Positions 1 to 10,114 are shown, counted from the first letter of the stretch. The stretch: 32,000 nucleotides of DNA from Synechococcus elongatus PCC 6301 (GCF_000010065.1 NC_006576.1:450001-482000), one strand, 5' to 3'. Program-made: numbers and translations. The notes: generated by a model from the sequence alone, not told the origin.

Positions 1-29
1 GGCATCAGTGCTACATTGGTAACTTGTCA

Positions 30-103
30 CGGGGCGTAGCGCAGCTTGGTAGCGCACCACTTTGGGGTAGTGGGGGTCGTGGGTTCAAATCCCGCCGCTC
101 CGA
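30..103 (+). tRNA. tRNA-Pro (anticodon GGG, 64-66)
   Basis: Cloverleaf read by eye: acceptor CGGGGCG(30-36)/CGCTCCG(96-102), D stem GCGC/GCGC, anticodon stem CCACT/AGTGG with loop TTGGGGT, T arm GTGGG-TTCAAAT-CCCGC, discriminator A103; no encoded CCA. Confidence 0.95.
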
Positions 104-130
104 TTGAATCGGAATCACTCCAACATCACG

Positions 131-169
131 ATCAGGATGATTGAGTTCTCAGTCATCCTGATATTTTTT
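131..169 (+). terminator. Rho-independent terminator downstream of tRNA-Pro
   Basis: ATCAGGATGATTGA-GTTC-TCAGTCATCCTGAT (14-bp stem with one G.T pair, 4-nt loop) followed by A and TTTTTT. Confidence 0.88.
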
Positions 170-349
170 GTCTGCATAGCAGGTAGTGGGTTAGATGGGA
201 CTGTTCCACAATGCCAAAAAGTCCTGCTATTCCCCTCTCCCTTCTCTCGAGGGTAGAAGAGCAACCGTTGGCTTGGAGGCGTGCTGCATCTTGATTGAAT
301 CGCCCGAGGGCAGTTGCACACAGCCCCTAGTTGGCAGTTGACCTGACCC

Positions 350-1381
350 CTAGAGCGAGAGCCGCGATCGCTGGTAGCGCGCTCCCCCGATCGCTGTCGC
401 TTCAGCAGTCTTCTGATTCCAGATCAGGCGATTGGCTTGGAGGCGCGCTTGATCCTTCGCGGAGAAGCTTTCGGCGTTGCCTTCTAGTTGAATCAACTGG
501 GCATTGAGATTGGCCTGCCCGCGATCGCCCCGAACTGTGGTCTGCTCAGCTGGGTAGAAGCCCTGGACCGCGACCGGGCTGTCGACCAAGTTTTGAGGTA
601 GATTCCAGCGCAAATCTTCACCCCGCAACTGGGCAACGGGATCCAGAGCATCGACCTCCACCTGCTGCTGCAGAATCAAAATTTGTGGATCGAGGAGAAG
701 TTCCCCCCGTTGCGATCGCCCTTGTCCCTTGAGCTGACTGCGATCGCGGCGTTCAGCCTGGAGCGGATTGGGGGCCAGCAAGCGTTTCTCAGCTAAGAGC
801 CAGCGGGGCGAGCTGGTTCGTAACTCCGACAGAATCTCCCCTTGCTTAAGGGTCGCTACCATCGGCCCGATCAATTCCAACTGTTGCTGACGGACATCAA
901 ACCGGCCTTCTTTGCCCTTGAGCACCACATCGCGATAGGTACCAATGACGTTGCGTCTGAGATCAAAGGTTTGCTGATTGGGCCGCCACTCCAGCTCCTC
1001 ACCCTTGAGAACCGCCCCCGGTGCCTGTTTTTGGCGAGCGATGACATTGCCACTGATGCGAATGATCTCGGCGTTTTCGCCCTCAATCGAGCCGCGATCG
1101 CCATCGATTTCGTAGAGCACCTTGCCGCTTTCATCGTAGAGAAAGCCGAGGGGCTTGGTTAGCTGCGCCGCACTTTTGTCGCTGTTATAGACAATCTGAG
1201 GAGTCCGCAGTTCCCAAGCAGGCTTGCCGGTGGGATTGGCCTGCCGCAGGGTAAAGTCCGTGAAACTGAGATCGGGTCGTTCAGCGCGTGGAGGCGCTGG
1301 CGGGGGCTCTTGGCAGGCCGTTAGCCCCAAACTGAGGGCTAACAGTAATGCAGACCAAAGCTGGCCCGATCGAAGCGTCAT
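350..1381 (-). CDS. lptC: LptC-like / LPS export periplasmic protein, putative lipoprotein
   Basis: ORF 350..1444; internal Met at 1381 gives MTLRSGQLWSALLLALSLGLTACQEPP, a good lipoprotein signal/lipobox. The repetitive body (DGDRGSIEGENAEIIRISGNV, VLKGEELEWRP, LRGEDLRWN) resembles LptC/OstA-type proteins. Confidence 0.75.
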   Translation of the reverse strand: MTLRSGQLWSALLLALSLGLTACQEPPPAPPRAERPDLSFTDFTLRQANPTGKPAWELRTPQIVYNSDKSAAQLTKPLGFLYDESGKVLYEIDGDRGSIEGENAEIIRISGNVIARQKQAPGAVLKGEELEWRPNQQTFDLRRNVIGTYRDVVLKGKEGRFDVRQQQLELIGPMVATLKQGEILSELRTSSPRWLLAEKRLLAPNPLQAERRDRSQLKGQGRSQRGELLLDPQILILQQQVEVDALDPVAQLRGEDLRWNLPQNLVDSPVAVQGFYPAEQTTVRGDRGQANLNAQLIQLEGNAESFSAKDQARLQANRLIWNQKTAEATAIGGARYQRSRLSL

Positions 1382-1603
1382 CTCAAATCTCCGAGAAACC
1401 CCTGCCTCCAAGGAGGGCGGGATAGGCGCGTCTGTTACCGCCAACCCAGCGTAGCGCTAAAGAGTCGAGGGCGATCTGGCAATTTCAAGAACTGCGATCG
1501 GAGCGATCGCCCAAGACAAGAAGCCTGCAGGATTCAACCTGCACCAGTCCAAGATACAGGCCGGAGGCTGAATAGATTCACAATTAGGCCTCCGAGTGCT
1601 GCT

Positions 1604-2200
1604 TCAGGACGGGTTTACACTCTCGGGGGGCACTGCAACCGACCGGCTGTAAGGCTGACGTGGGAGCTTTTGAATGCTCGCTTTCAGGCTTTCGAGATCG
1701 ATGTAGCGATCGGCAACATTGATCAAGTTATCGCTGGTCATCGATCGCAGGCTGACGACTTCTACCCGCACGCCGCGATAGCCTACCACTTCCACCGCGT
1801 AGGCGAGATCTCCGTCGCCACTGACCAGCACCGCCGTGTCGTAGGTGCCGGCCAAGGCCAACATATCAACAGCGATTTCAACATCCAAGTTGGCTTTTTT
1901 TGTGCCGTCGGGCAGCTGGATCAAATCCTTCGCCACAACGCGATAGCCGTTACGACGCATCCACAACAGAAAGCCCTGTTGCTTCTCGTTGCTTCGATCC
2001 ACTCCGGTATAAAAGAACGATCGCAACAGACGCGATCCATTGGTCAAACAGGCCAACAACTTGGTGTAGTCAATTTCGATGCCGAGCTGCAAAGCCGCAT
2101 AAAACAGGTTAGAACCATCGATGAAGATGGCAATCCTGCCGCGGTTTTCAAGGATCGAAGCCGAACTAGAATAGCCAAGCGGTTCCTGAACAGTGGCCAT
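1604..2200 (-). CDS. NYN domain (LabA/DUF88 family) protein
   Basis: ORF with IAIFIDGSNLFYAA, LDVEIAVDMLALAG and AVLVSGDGDLAYAVE motifs typical of NYN/PIN-like LabA-family proteins; ATG at 2198-2200 preferred over the TTG at 2203. Confidence 0.85.
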   Translation of the reverse strand: MATVQEPLGYSSSASILENRGRIAIFIDGSNLFYAALQLGIEIDYTKLLACLTNGSRLLRSFFYTGVDRSNEKQQGFLLWMRRNGYRVVAKDLIQLPDGTKKANLDVEIAVDMLALAGTYDTAVLVSGDGDLAYAVEVVGYRGVRVEVVSLRSMTSDNLINVADRYIDLESLKASIQKLPRQPYSRSVAVPPESVNPS

Positions 2201-2235
2201 CAAAAGAAACCCTGCTGGTTATTAAAAAGGGATTT

Positions 2236-2256
2236 TAAAAAAGCGGCAAAACCGCC
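2236..2256 (-). terminator. Putative terminator downstream of metG
   Basis: On the minus strand a short GCGG/CCGC hairpin is followed by a T-rich run (plus strand: TTTTAAAAAAGCGGCAAAACCGCC). Confidence 0.5.
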
Positions 2257-2278
2257 CCCTCATTAAACAGCAAAAGTC

Positions 2279-3856
2279 CTAATCTGCGGGGGCTAATTCA
2301 AGGCTCCGAAAGACAGGACTGGGATCCAGGAACTGTTGAGCAGCCGGGAGAAAGCCCCAATGGCCGTGACTTTCGGGATCAAGCTGTTGGGCGATCGCAG
2401 GATCATTAAAATCTGCAACAAGTCCAAGCTGGCGGTAGATCTCTTGGCTGATCCCCGGCACGAGTGGTGACAGCCAATAGGCAGCCAAACGCACCGATTC
2501 CAGCACCGTGTAGAGAATTTCCTCAACCTTGGCCTGTTCACCCTGCTTAAAGCGTGTCCAAGGGGCTTCTTGGTCGAGGTAACGGTTGCCGGCCTGTACC
2601 AGCGCCAAAATTTGTCCGCAGGCTTCGCTGAAGGCCAAGCGATCGTAGGCGGATTTAACAGAATCAGTCAGAGCTTCACCTTGCTGGCGTAGCGGATTGT
2701 CAGCGGCGATCGCGGTACTCCCAAGCGGAATTTGGAGCTGACAGTAGCGCTTGGCCATGCTCAGGGTGCGGTTAAGCAAGTTACCAAGGTCATTGGCGAG
2801 ATCAGCATTGACGACGTTAACGAAGCGCGTCTCTTGATAGTCGCCGTCGCGGCCAAACTCAATCTCTTTGAGGAAGTAGTAGCGTACGGCATCGCTGCCA
2901 AAGCGATCGACCAGATCGAAGGGATCGAGGGTATTACCCAGACTCTTGCCCATCTTCAGACCATCTTTCGTCAGGAAGCCATGACCAAAGACGCGATCGG
3001 GCAGCGGCAGTCCTGCCGAAAGCAACATCGCCGGCCAGTAGACCGCATGGAAACGCAGAATGTCTTTGCCGATCAGGTGCAGATTGATCGGCCACCACTG
3101 ACTGAGGGCATTTTCCAGTGTTGGTTCCGCATCGGGATCGAGCAGCGCCGTCACATAACCCAGCAGCGCATCAAACCAGACGTAGAGCGTGTGCTTGGGA
3201 TTATCAGGAACCGCAAACCCCCACTCCAGATTGACCCGGGAAATCGAAAAATCCTGGAGGCCGCGCTCAACAAAACTCAGCACTTCATTGCGGCGGCTTT
3301 CCGGTTGGATGAAGTCAGGATTGGCAGCATAGTGGGCTTCCAGTGCTTCCTGATAGCGCGAGAGCCGGAAGAAGTAGTTTTCCTCGTCGCGCCACTCAAC
3401 CGCTTGGTTGGTGTGAATCGGGCAGCGCTTGTCTTCGAGTAGATCGCGCTCTTCTTTGAATTCTTCGCAGGCAACGCAATACCAACCTTGCTGCCGTCCA
3501 ACGTAAATGTCGCCTTGAGCCTCAACACGGCGATAGAAGACTTCCACGATCGCCTGATGACGGGGATCGGTGGTGCGGCTGAAGCGGTCGTAGCGGATGT
3601 TGAGCAGCTGCCAGAGGTCTTGGAAGCGAGCCACGATCGCATTGCAATGCTCTTGCGGTGGCTTGCCGTTCTTCTCCGCCGTGCGCTGAATCTTTTGGCC
3701 ATGCTCGTCGCTGCCGGTGATCATCAACACCCGATCTCCTTGCAGCCGATGGAAACGAGCGATCGCATCCGCCGCGATCGTGGTGTAGGCACTGCCGATG
3801 TGCGGCACATCGTTGACGTAGTAGAGAGGAGTCGTCAGGGCAAAAGTCGATGGCAT
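2279..3856 (-). CDS. metG: Methionyl-tRNA synthetase
   Basis: 525-aa ORF with YYVNDVPHIGSAYTTIAADA (HIGH region), GFLTKDGLKMGKSLGN (KMSKS-type), zinc-knuckle-like CVACEEF...CPIH. Confidence 0.96.
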   Translation of the reverse strand: MPSTFALTTPLYYVNDVPHIGSAYTTIAADAIARFHRLQGDRVLMITGSDEHGQKIQRTAEKNGKPPQEHCNAIVARFQDLWQLLNIRYDRFSRTTDPRHQAIVEVFYRRVEAQGDIYVGRQQGWYCVACEEFKEERDLLEDKRCPIHTNQAVEWRDEENYFFRLSRYQEALEAHYAANPDFIQPESRRNEVLSFVERGLQDFSISRVNLEWGFAVPDNPKHTLYVWFDALLGYVTALLDPDAEPTLENALSQWWPINLHLIGKDILRFHAVYWPAMLLSAGLPLPDRVFGHGFLTKDGLKMGKSLGNTLDPFDLVDRFGSDAVRYYFLKEIEFGRDGDYQETRFVNVVNADLANDLGNLLNRTLSMAKRYCQLQIPLGSTAIAADNPLRQQGEALTDSVKSAYDRLAFSEACGQILALVQAGNRYLDQEAPWTRFKQGEQAKVEEILYTVLESVRLAAYWLSPLVPGISQEIYRQLGLVADFNDPAIAQQLDPESHGHWGFLPAAQQFLDPSPVFRSLELAPAD

Positions 3857-3992
3857 GAGCAGTGCAGGCAGAGAGAGGCCATCGGTCGATCTTAGCGATA
3901 AGCGCCCCCCGCACCGGTAGATTCGTCGCCTCTAGCACTGACATTGCGTGATCCCGCAGCTATAACCAAAAGACCCAGTTGGCGATCGCTCC

Positions 3993-4679
3993 ATGTCTGC
4001 TTCTGTTGATGACCCCCACTTGCTGGCTTGGCTACGCGGTCTCCTCTCGATTGCGCTGGCCGATGATGACTTTGAAAGCCACGAGCAGGATTTGCTCTGT
4101 GCGCTGACTCAAGAGATTTTGGGTCACCCTTGCGACCTCCAAGCCCTCGGCCCGATCAGTCCGTCCGATTTAGCGGCTGATCTTGGTGATGATCCCGAGC
4201 GCCGCGAAAATTATTTGCGCACGGCTGTGATGGTGGCACTGGCTGATGGGGTCTACACCCAAACCGAAGCAACCTTACTCCGCCAATTTGCCGCTGCTTT
4301 GTCTATGAAGACTGACGTCATTGACGCCCTTGAGCACACCCGCTGCGATCGCGAAGCTGCAGCGAGCGCTGAAACAGTCCCCATTGCTGACTTGCTAGCT
4401 CCCGTTCGCCATTGGCTCGATGACTTGCAGGTGCATGAGCCACGCCTGGCTCACTTCTTGGTCAAACTGATTCCGGCCCAATGTCCCTTCGAGCGGGATA
4501 TTGTTCTCTTTGGCCACAACCTGGTGCATATTCCGCCGCTGTGCAAACTCAACCCCCTCTACGAGCAGCTAGTCTCCCTGCGCCTTCGTGCCCTGTGCTA
4601 CCTAGCCGACGACTGCGGCGAGGATATCTCCGCCTATTGCTCTGCTGGATCGACGGAATCGGCTTCCTCCATCCTGTAA
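3993..4679 (+). CDS. TerB-like (tellurite resistance protein family) domain protein
   Basis: 228-aa ORF with repeated acidic helical motif (ALADDDFESHEQDLLCALTQEI; ALADGVYTQTEATLLRQFAAAL) typical of TerB-like folds. Confidence 0.6.
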   Translation: MSASVDDPHLLAWLRGLLSIALADDDFESHEQDLLCALTQEILGHPCDLQALGPISPSDLAADLGDDPERRENYLRTAVMVALADGVYTQTEATLLRQFAAALSMKTDVIDALEHTRCDREAAASAETVPIADLLAPVRHWLDDLQVHEPRLAHFLVKLIPAQCPFERDIVLFGHNLVHIPPLCKLNPLYEQLVSLRLRALCYLADDCGEDISAYCSAGSTESASSIL

Positions 4680-4697
4680 AACCGATCGGCGATCGCT

Positions 4698-6455
4698 GTG
4701 CTTGAGACCCTTCGCACCGATGTTCTGATCGTGGGGGGCGGAACAGGCGGCACCGCTGCGGCACTTCAAGCGGCCCGCCGTGGGGCCCAGACGATTCTGG
4801 TCAGCGAAGGGCCTTGGTTGGGCGGCATGCTGACTTCTGCAGGAGTTAGTGCTCCTGATGGCAATGAACTACGAGCATTGCAGACAGGCATTTGGGGTGC
4901 GTTTCTCAAAGCCCTGCGCCAGCGTCAACCCGACGGGCTGAACCACGCTTGGGTTAGTTTCTTCACCTACGATCCTCGGGTCGGATCTCAGATTTTTGCC
5001 GACTGGGTGCGAGAACTCCCGAACCTAAAGTGGATCCAAGGCGATCGCCCGAGGGCAGTCATTGGCGATCGCGATCGCCTGCGGGGTGTGGAATTTGAGC
5101 GAGTGCGGATCGAAGCGCAAGTTGTCATTGATGCCACGGAACTGGGCGATCTGCTGGCGCTAGCCGATGTGCCCCACCGTTGGGGCTGGGAACCGCAGGA
5201 AGAGTGGCAAGAACCGAGTGCGCCGACGCTAGCGCAACTGGAAAGTGACAATCGCTATCAACGCTATCCGGTGCAGTCACCGACTTGGGTCGTGGTGATG
5301 GCAGATCAGAGTCAATCCGCTCCACCGATCCCCGCATCGACAAGCTACAACCCCGATCTCTTTGCGGGGGCTTGGCAGACGCCGGATGACCTCGCCTTTT
5401 TGGATTACGGTCGCCTGCCCGGCGATCGCTTCATGATCAACTGGCCGGGGCCGGGCAATGACTACGGCGAAGGCTTACAGCGATTAATTCAGGGCGATCG
5501 CGCCCATCAGGAATGGATGCAGGAGGCGATCGCTCATAGCCAAGCCTTTGCCCATCACATTCAAGCCCACTGGAGCGATCGCTATGGCTTGGCAAGAGAT
5601 CAGTTCCCACAGCAAGCGATCGGTGGGGGCGCCTTTGCCCTACAGCCCTACTACCGCGAAAGTCGGCGGGTAGTCGGTAGCTCAACTATTACGGAGTTAG
5701 ATCTGCTGCCGCTGCACCAAGGACAGGTAGCAAAACTGCCTTGTAATGCATCAGGACAAGTGTCTGCGATCGCGATCGGCAACTACGCCAACGATCATCA
5801 CTATCCCAATTGGGACTTTCGCCTGCAGCCCAAATCGATGCGCTGGGGCGGTCGCTGGACGGGAACGGCCTTCAGCCTGCCCTATGACTGTCTGTTACCG
5901 GTTCAGACTGAAGGGCTGCTCGTCTGTGAGAAAAATATTGCCGTTAGCCATATCGCCAACGGAGCGACTCGCCTTCAACCAGTGGTCTTGGGACTCGGGC
6001 AAGCGGCAGGCATGGCAGCTGCTTTGGCCGTGGAACAGAACTGTGATCCGCGATCGCTGTCGGTGCGAGATCTACAAGAAGCCTTGCTAACGGATTCTGA
6101 GGCTCCGCAGGCGATCGTGCCACTCTACGACACTCCGCCAGAGCATCCCGACTGGCTAACTCGTCAGCGCGCCTACCTCGATCGCCCTGAAGCCTATCCG
6201 GCAACAGGGGTGCATGGGGGAACGGCAGCAGCCTCGCTCATCTCTGCTAGAGCACAAACAGTCAGCGGGCAATTTGAGCGCTTGGGTGACCAAAATTATC
6301 AATTGGACGACGGCAAAACCGTTTGGCAATTAGTGACGCTCGATGCCAGCATTGATCAGCAATTCAAGGCATTGAGCGATCGACTGCCACTTGCAGTGGT
6401 AGGTCTAATAAACCCCGCTGGGCACTGGCTGATTGTCGAGGCCATCCACCCTTGA
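4698..6455 (+). CDS. FAD-dependent oxidoreductase
   Basis: 585-aa ORF, GTG start; dinucleotide-binding VLIVGGGTGGTAAALQAARRG, then GGMLTSAGVSAPDG. Confidence 0.85.
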   Translation: MLETLRTDVLIVGGGTGGTAAALQAARRGAQTILVSEGPWLGGMLTSAGVSAPDGNELRALQTGIWGAFLKALRQRQPDGLNHAWVSFFTYDPRVGSQIFADWVRELPNLKWIQGDRPRAVIGDRDRLRGVEFERVRIEAQVVIDATELGDLLALADVPHRWGWEPQEEWQEPSAPTLAQLESDNRYQRYPVQSPTWVVVMADQSQSAPPIPASTSYNPDLFAGAWQTPDDLAFLDYGRLPGDRFMINWPGPGNDYGEGLQRLIQGDRAHQEWMQEAIAHSQAFAHHIQAHWSDRYGLARDQFPQQAIGGGAFALQPYYRESRRVVGSSTITELDLLPLHQGQVAKLPCNASGQVSAIAIGNYANDHHYPNWDFRLQPKSMRWGGRWTGTAFSLPYDCLLPVQTEGLLVCEKNIAVSHIANGATRLQPVVLGLGQAAGMAAALAVEQNCDPRSLSVRDLQEALLTDSEAPQAIVPLYDTPPEHPDWLTRQRAYLDRPEAYPATGVHGGTAAASLISARAQTVSGQFERLGDQNYQLDDGKTVWQLVTLDASIDQQFKALSDRLPLAVVGLINPAGHWLIVEAIHP

Positions 6456-6568
6456 CAGAGACCGGCGAGCGATCGTAGAACCCAAACACTCCCCTCGCAA
6501 GCAGCGTAAATTGGAGAGGTGTGTCCTTCATGGACAGTTTTGGGATTGATTAAGGCGAGGCATCGATA

Positions 6569-8239
6569 GTGCTCTATCTGGCTGAAGTCGGAAAGCGTGG
6601 CGGCTTGTTTGGGGGGAACAAAGTAGAGTTCCGCCTCATTGCTTTTCAGCGGCCGGACGAAGGGTGGCAGGTACTTCCTGAAGAAGAGGTCTTGGCCAGC
6701 GATAAAACCTGTGACTTCTCTCCAGGGGCACTAGTGCTACTTGACCTCAACAATTCGCGCCAGGTGCAGCGCATTCAAGAGGCCACTCAGCGCCTACTGG
6801 GGTTTCTGCGTGAGTTTTCGCGGCTGCAGGAGCGCTATCGCGCCCAAGAAGCGGAGGTAGAGCAGTGGAAGGAGTCTCTGAGCATTCAGAGTCAGGAACT
6901 CAGCCGCCGCCAGCAAGAATTTGAGAATCGTCAAGATCAACTGCAGCAACTGCAGGCAGAGTTGTTTCAGCTGGAGGAGCAAAAACAGGAAGCCCTCGCT
7001 ATTCAACAGCAGGCAGATGCCCTGCGGGCTGAACTCGATCGCCGCGATCGCGAGTTAAAAGAAGCTTGGCAAGAGCTTGAAATCCAGCGTCAAAGCTTTA
7101 GCAGCCAGCCCTTTGGCGCAGTCGCCTTTGCGCCGGAAACCCAGGCAGCAATCGCTCAGCTTGAGCAACAAATCGCGAACTGGCAGAACGACGATACCGT
7201 GCTGGCGGAACTCAGCAACAAAGTCACTGCAGCCCAGCAAGATCTCCAGTCACGCATTGCTTCATTGACCAATCCAGACCAGCCTGATGTTGGCAATCTG
7301 GAAAACCTGCAGCAGGCGCTGCAAGAACAACGGCGGCAGTTCCAAACTGCCCATCTGGAATGGATGAGCCAGCAAGCTCCCCCCGAGCAGGACAAGCATC
7401 AGTTGTCGGAAGAGCAGACCTTGCTGGCTGGGCTCGAGCAACGGCGGCGGGCAATCGCCCAAGCCTGTCAGCTGATCCATGCTCTGACAGGAGAAGCGAA
7501 TCGCAGCGAACTCGAGGCACTGCCCCTCGAGGAGTTGCAGGAACGGGTGGCTGCAGTCCAGCGAGACTACGATCGCATTTATTCCTTCGTCAACGATCAG
7601 GAAGAGGAGTTACGGCTCGAAACCGCTGATCTAGAAAAGCTACGTGCCAACCTCGAGCAAGCCAATGAACTGGAGCGGCTTTCCTTAGAAGGAGAGTTGA
7701 TCGAAGCCGAGCAACGCTGCCAGCTGCTGGATGAATCCTTGGTTGCCCGGCGACTGATTGCTCAAGAACGTCTCACTGTTTTGCAGCAGTACCAGCAGGT
7801 CTTGGAGGGGCGGCAGAGCGGCACCCCGATCGCGCCGGAAGTAGATCTTTCAGAACTGCGATCGCTCTTGGATCGGGAGCTACCGGATCTAGATGGCTTG
7901 ATTGCCAATGTTCAAGCTCGGGTTGAGAAATTGCAAGAGGACGTGGCGACCATTGAAGGCGGGATTCAAGCCAAGGCCGATCGCGTCTACCGTCTCAAAG
8001 AGACTGTCGAATCCACAGAAGAAAAGTGGCGCAACTGCGAGCTCCAAGTTGCTGAAATCAGAGGCTACAACCAAGCGATCGCCGCTTGCCGAGAGTGGCT
8101 GGAACAAATTGCCCAAACCTACTCGGAGGTCTACGGTGCGATCTGCACCCTAGCGGAGCAGCAACGTCAGCAACAAGCAGATCGCGCCGCTCTGCAACAG
8201 CAGTTAGCAGCGATCAGTCATCAACTGATTGCAGCCTAA
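6569..8239 (+). CDS. hmpF: HmpF-like coiled-coil protein (pilus motility/taxis family)
   Basis: 556-aa ORF with GTG start; N-terminal MLYLAEVGKRGGLFGGNKVEFRLIAFQR followed by hundreds of residues of Gln/Glu/Leu-rich coiled coil. Family assignment from memory. Confidence 0.65.
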   Translation: MLYLAEVGKRGGLFGGNKVEFRLIAFQRPDEGWQVLPEEEVLASDKTCDFSPGALVLLDLNNSRQVQRIQEATQRLLGFLREFSRLQERYRAQEAEVEQWKESLSIQSQELSRRQQEFENRQDQLQQLQAELFQLEEQKQEALAIQQQADALRAELDRRDRELKEAWQELEIQRQSFSSQPFGAVAFAPETQAAIAQLEQQIANWQNDDTVLAELSNKVTAAQQDLQSRIASLTNPDQPDVGNLENLQQALQEQRRQFQTAHLEWMSQQAPPEQDKHQLSEEQTLLAGLEQRRRAIAQACQLIHALTGEANRSELEALPLEELQERVAAVQRDYDRIYSFVNDQEEELRLETADLEKLRANLEQANELERLSLEGELIEAEQRCQLLDESLVARRLIAQERLTVLQQYQQVLEGRQSGTPIAPEVDLSELRSLLDRELPDLDGLIANVQARVEKLQEDVATIEGGIQAKADRVYRLKETVESTEEKWRNCELQVAEIRGYNQAIAACREWLEQIAQTYSEVYGAICTLAEQQRQQQADRAALQQQLAAISHQLIAA

Positions 8240-9224
8240 GCCAGTCCCCCGCGACTACCGCGACCCGTCTCTGGGGCAGGCTAGAGCTGCAGCTGCCTTG
8301 AGGCGCAGTGATCAGCTGGCGGAGTTCTTCGACCTGCACCGTGCTCGGCGATCGCTGCAGTTGATCCTGAAGGAAGGCATGCAAGACTCGCCTTTGGAGA
8401 GCGATCGGCTGTTGCGCCAATTGGGAACGACAAAGCCCCCTCTCGCTGAGGGATTGCTGATAGACCTGCTCAGTTAGTTCAGCCAGCCAGTCAGCTTCAT
8501 CGGCCAGCAGCTCAGCGGTATTGGCAAGGTGGCGATCGCATTGGGGATTGATCTGGCGCAGCTGCGGGAGAACTTCTAGCCGCAGGCGATTGCGGGCAAA
8601 GCGGCGATCGCGGTTGGTGCTGTCTTCCCAAACAGGTAATTGAAACTGCTGAACCATCTTGCTAGTTTCAGCGCGGGTAAAGCCCAAAAAGGGTCGCACC
8701 AAGGTGAGCCGATCGCTGAGCGATCGTTGCCAGCGCAGACTGGCCAACCCTTGCAGATGGCTGCCCCGCGTCAAGTTGTAGAGCAGGGTTTCGGCGCGAT
8801 CGCTGGCAGTGTGGCCGGTGACGAGTAAGGCAGCGTCGATGTCGGCCGCGATTGCCTCTAGGACCTGATAACGCCACGTTCGCGCTGCAGCTTCGCTCCT
8901 CGGTGGTTCCGGCGATCGCTGGCAGTAAAAGGGGAGCTGCCACTGATCCGCGAGCTGACGTAGATGCTCGGCATTCGCTGTGGAGTCCGATCGCCAGCCA
9001 TGGTCACAATGGGCGATCGCCAGGGACCAATGCCAGTGCGGTTGTAGACCCCGCAGTAGCTGCACTAACGCGAGGGAGTCCTGTCCGCCCGAAACGGCCA
9101 GTAAGAGGCGCGATCGGGTAGGCAGAAGCGATCTCCGCTGTAGGAGCTGATGCAGGCGGGCGTGAAAGGGAGTCCAGCAATCTGAGGACAAAGCGCTAGG
9201 CGACGGCAAAGGGCGATGCAACAA
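8214..9224 (-). CDS. tilS: tRNA(Ile)-lysidine synthase
   Basis: LLLAVSGGQDSLALVQLL PP-loop motif, IAHCDHGWR, TGHTASDRAETLLYNLTRGSHLQGLASL. Confidence 0.93.
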   Translation of the reverse strand: MLHRPLPSPSALSSDCWTPFHARLHQLLQRRSLLPTRSRLLLAVSGGQDSLALVQLLRGLQPHWHWSLAIAHCDHGWRSDSTANAEHLRQLADQWQLPFYCQRSPEPPRSEAAARTWRYQVLEAIAADIDAALLVTGHTASDRAETLLYNLTRGSHLQGLASLRWQRSLSDRLTLVRPFLGFTRAETSKMVQQFQLPVWEDSTNRDRRFARNRLRLEVLPQLRQINPQCDRHLANTAELLADEADWLAELTEQVYQQSLSERGLCRSQLAQQPIALQRRVLHAFLQDQLQRSPSTVQVEELRQLITAPQGSCSSSLPQRRVAVVAGDWLRLQSVDD

Positions 9225-9295
9225 TGGTAAGAATTCAGTTGCGCTTGCCCAAGCGATCGCAGCCTGAAGTTGGTCACTGCTGTTAGGAAATTGCT

Positions 9296-10042
9296 ATGTC
9301 CATGCCTGGTGCGCTGCAAGCAGCCCTGTCCCAAGGTCGTGCACTGAAAGTGATTAGCGGCCTTGCTAACTTTGATGCCGATCTCGTTGCGGCAGTTGTG
9401 CGCGCAGCCGATCGCGGTGGCGCTACGTTCGTGGATATTGCTTGCGATGCCAGCTTGGTCCGTTTGGCGCGTCAACAGACAGCTTTGCCGATCTGCGTCT
9501 CTTCGGTAGAACCGACAGCGTTCTTGGCAGCGGTTGAAGCCGGTGCTGATCTGATCGAAATCGGCAACTACGACAGCTTCTACGCCCAAGGTCGGGAGTT
9601 CAGCGCCGCAGAAGTGCTGGAACTAACCCAAGCGACGCGAGCCTTGCTGCCGCAAATCACCCTGTCGGTGACTGTTCCCCACACTCTACCGCTGGACCAA
9701 CAAGCGACTTTGGCAGAACAACTGGTGGTTGCAGGTGCGGACATCATCCAAACCGAAGGCGGTACCAGCTCGGCTCCGACCCATGCAGGCGTTCTCGGCC
9801 TGATCGAAAAAGCAGCCCCGACCTTGGCAGCCGCTTCCGTGATTTCCAAAGCAGTAAACGTGCCCGTGCTCTGCGCTTCGGGCCTGTCGGATGTCACGGC
9901 TCCCATGGCGATCGCAGCCGGTGCAGCCGGCATCGGTGTTGGTTCAGCCATCAACCGCCTCGACAATGAGCTGGCGATGATTGCTGCAGTTCAACGCTTC
10001 GTTGAAGCCCTCGATCGCGCTCGAGTTGCTCAAGCACACTAA
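9296..10042 (+). CDS. DUF561 family protein (TIM-barrel-like)
   Basis: 248-aa ORF; alternating beta/alpha pattern with DLIEIGNYDSFYAQG, GADIIQTEGGT, VLCASGLSDVTAPMAIAAGAAGIGVGSAI. Confidence 0.8.
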   Translation: MSMPGALQAALSQGRALKVISGLANFDADLVAAVVRAADRGGATFVDIACDASLVRLARQQTALPICVSSVEPTAFLAAVEAGADLIEIGNYDSFYAQGREFSAAEVLELTQATRALLPQITLSVTVPHTLPLDQQATLAEQLVVAGADIIQTEGGTSSAPTHAGVLGLIEKAAPTLAAASVISKAVNVPVLCASGLSDVTAPMAIAAGAAGIGVGSAINRLDNELAMIAAVQRFVEALDRARVAQAH

Positions 10043-10063
10043 TTTTCAGCCAGACTGAAAGTC

Positions 10064-10108
10064 AAAAAGCTCTTGTCAGGTTCACACTGCGACGAGAGCT
10101 TTTTTTTG
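10064..10108 (+). terminator. Rho-independent terminator downstream of the DUF561 gene
   Basis: AAAAAGCTCT ... AGAGCTTTTTTTT inverted repeat ending in a T run. Confidence 0.75.
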
Positions 10109-10114
10109 TTACCG

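Noticed and set aside
842-1162. Plus-strand ORF (106 aa) antisense to the lptC-like gene
   Set aside because: Composition and position match a shadow ORF of the well-supported minus-strand gene; no recognizable motif or SD.
2732-3442. Plus-strand 236-aa ORF antisense to metG
   Set aside because: Shadow ORF opposite a confidently identified methionyl-tRNA synthetase; its sequence has no domain signature.
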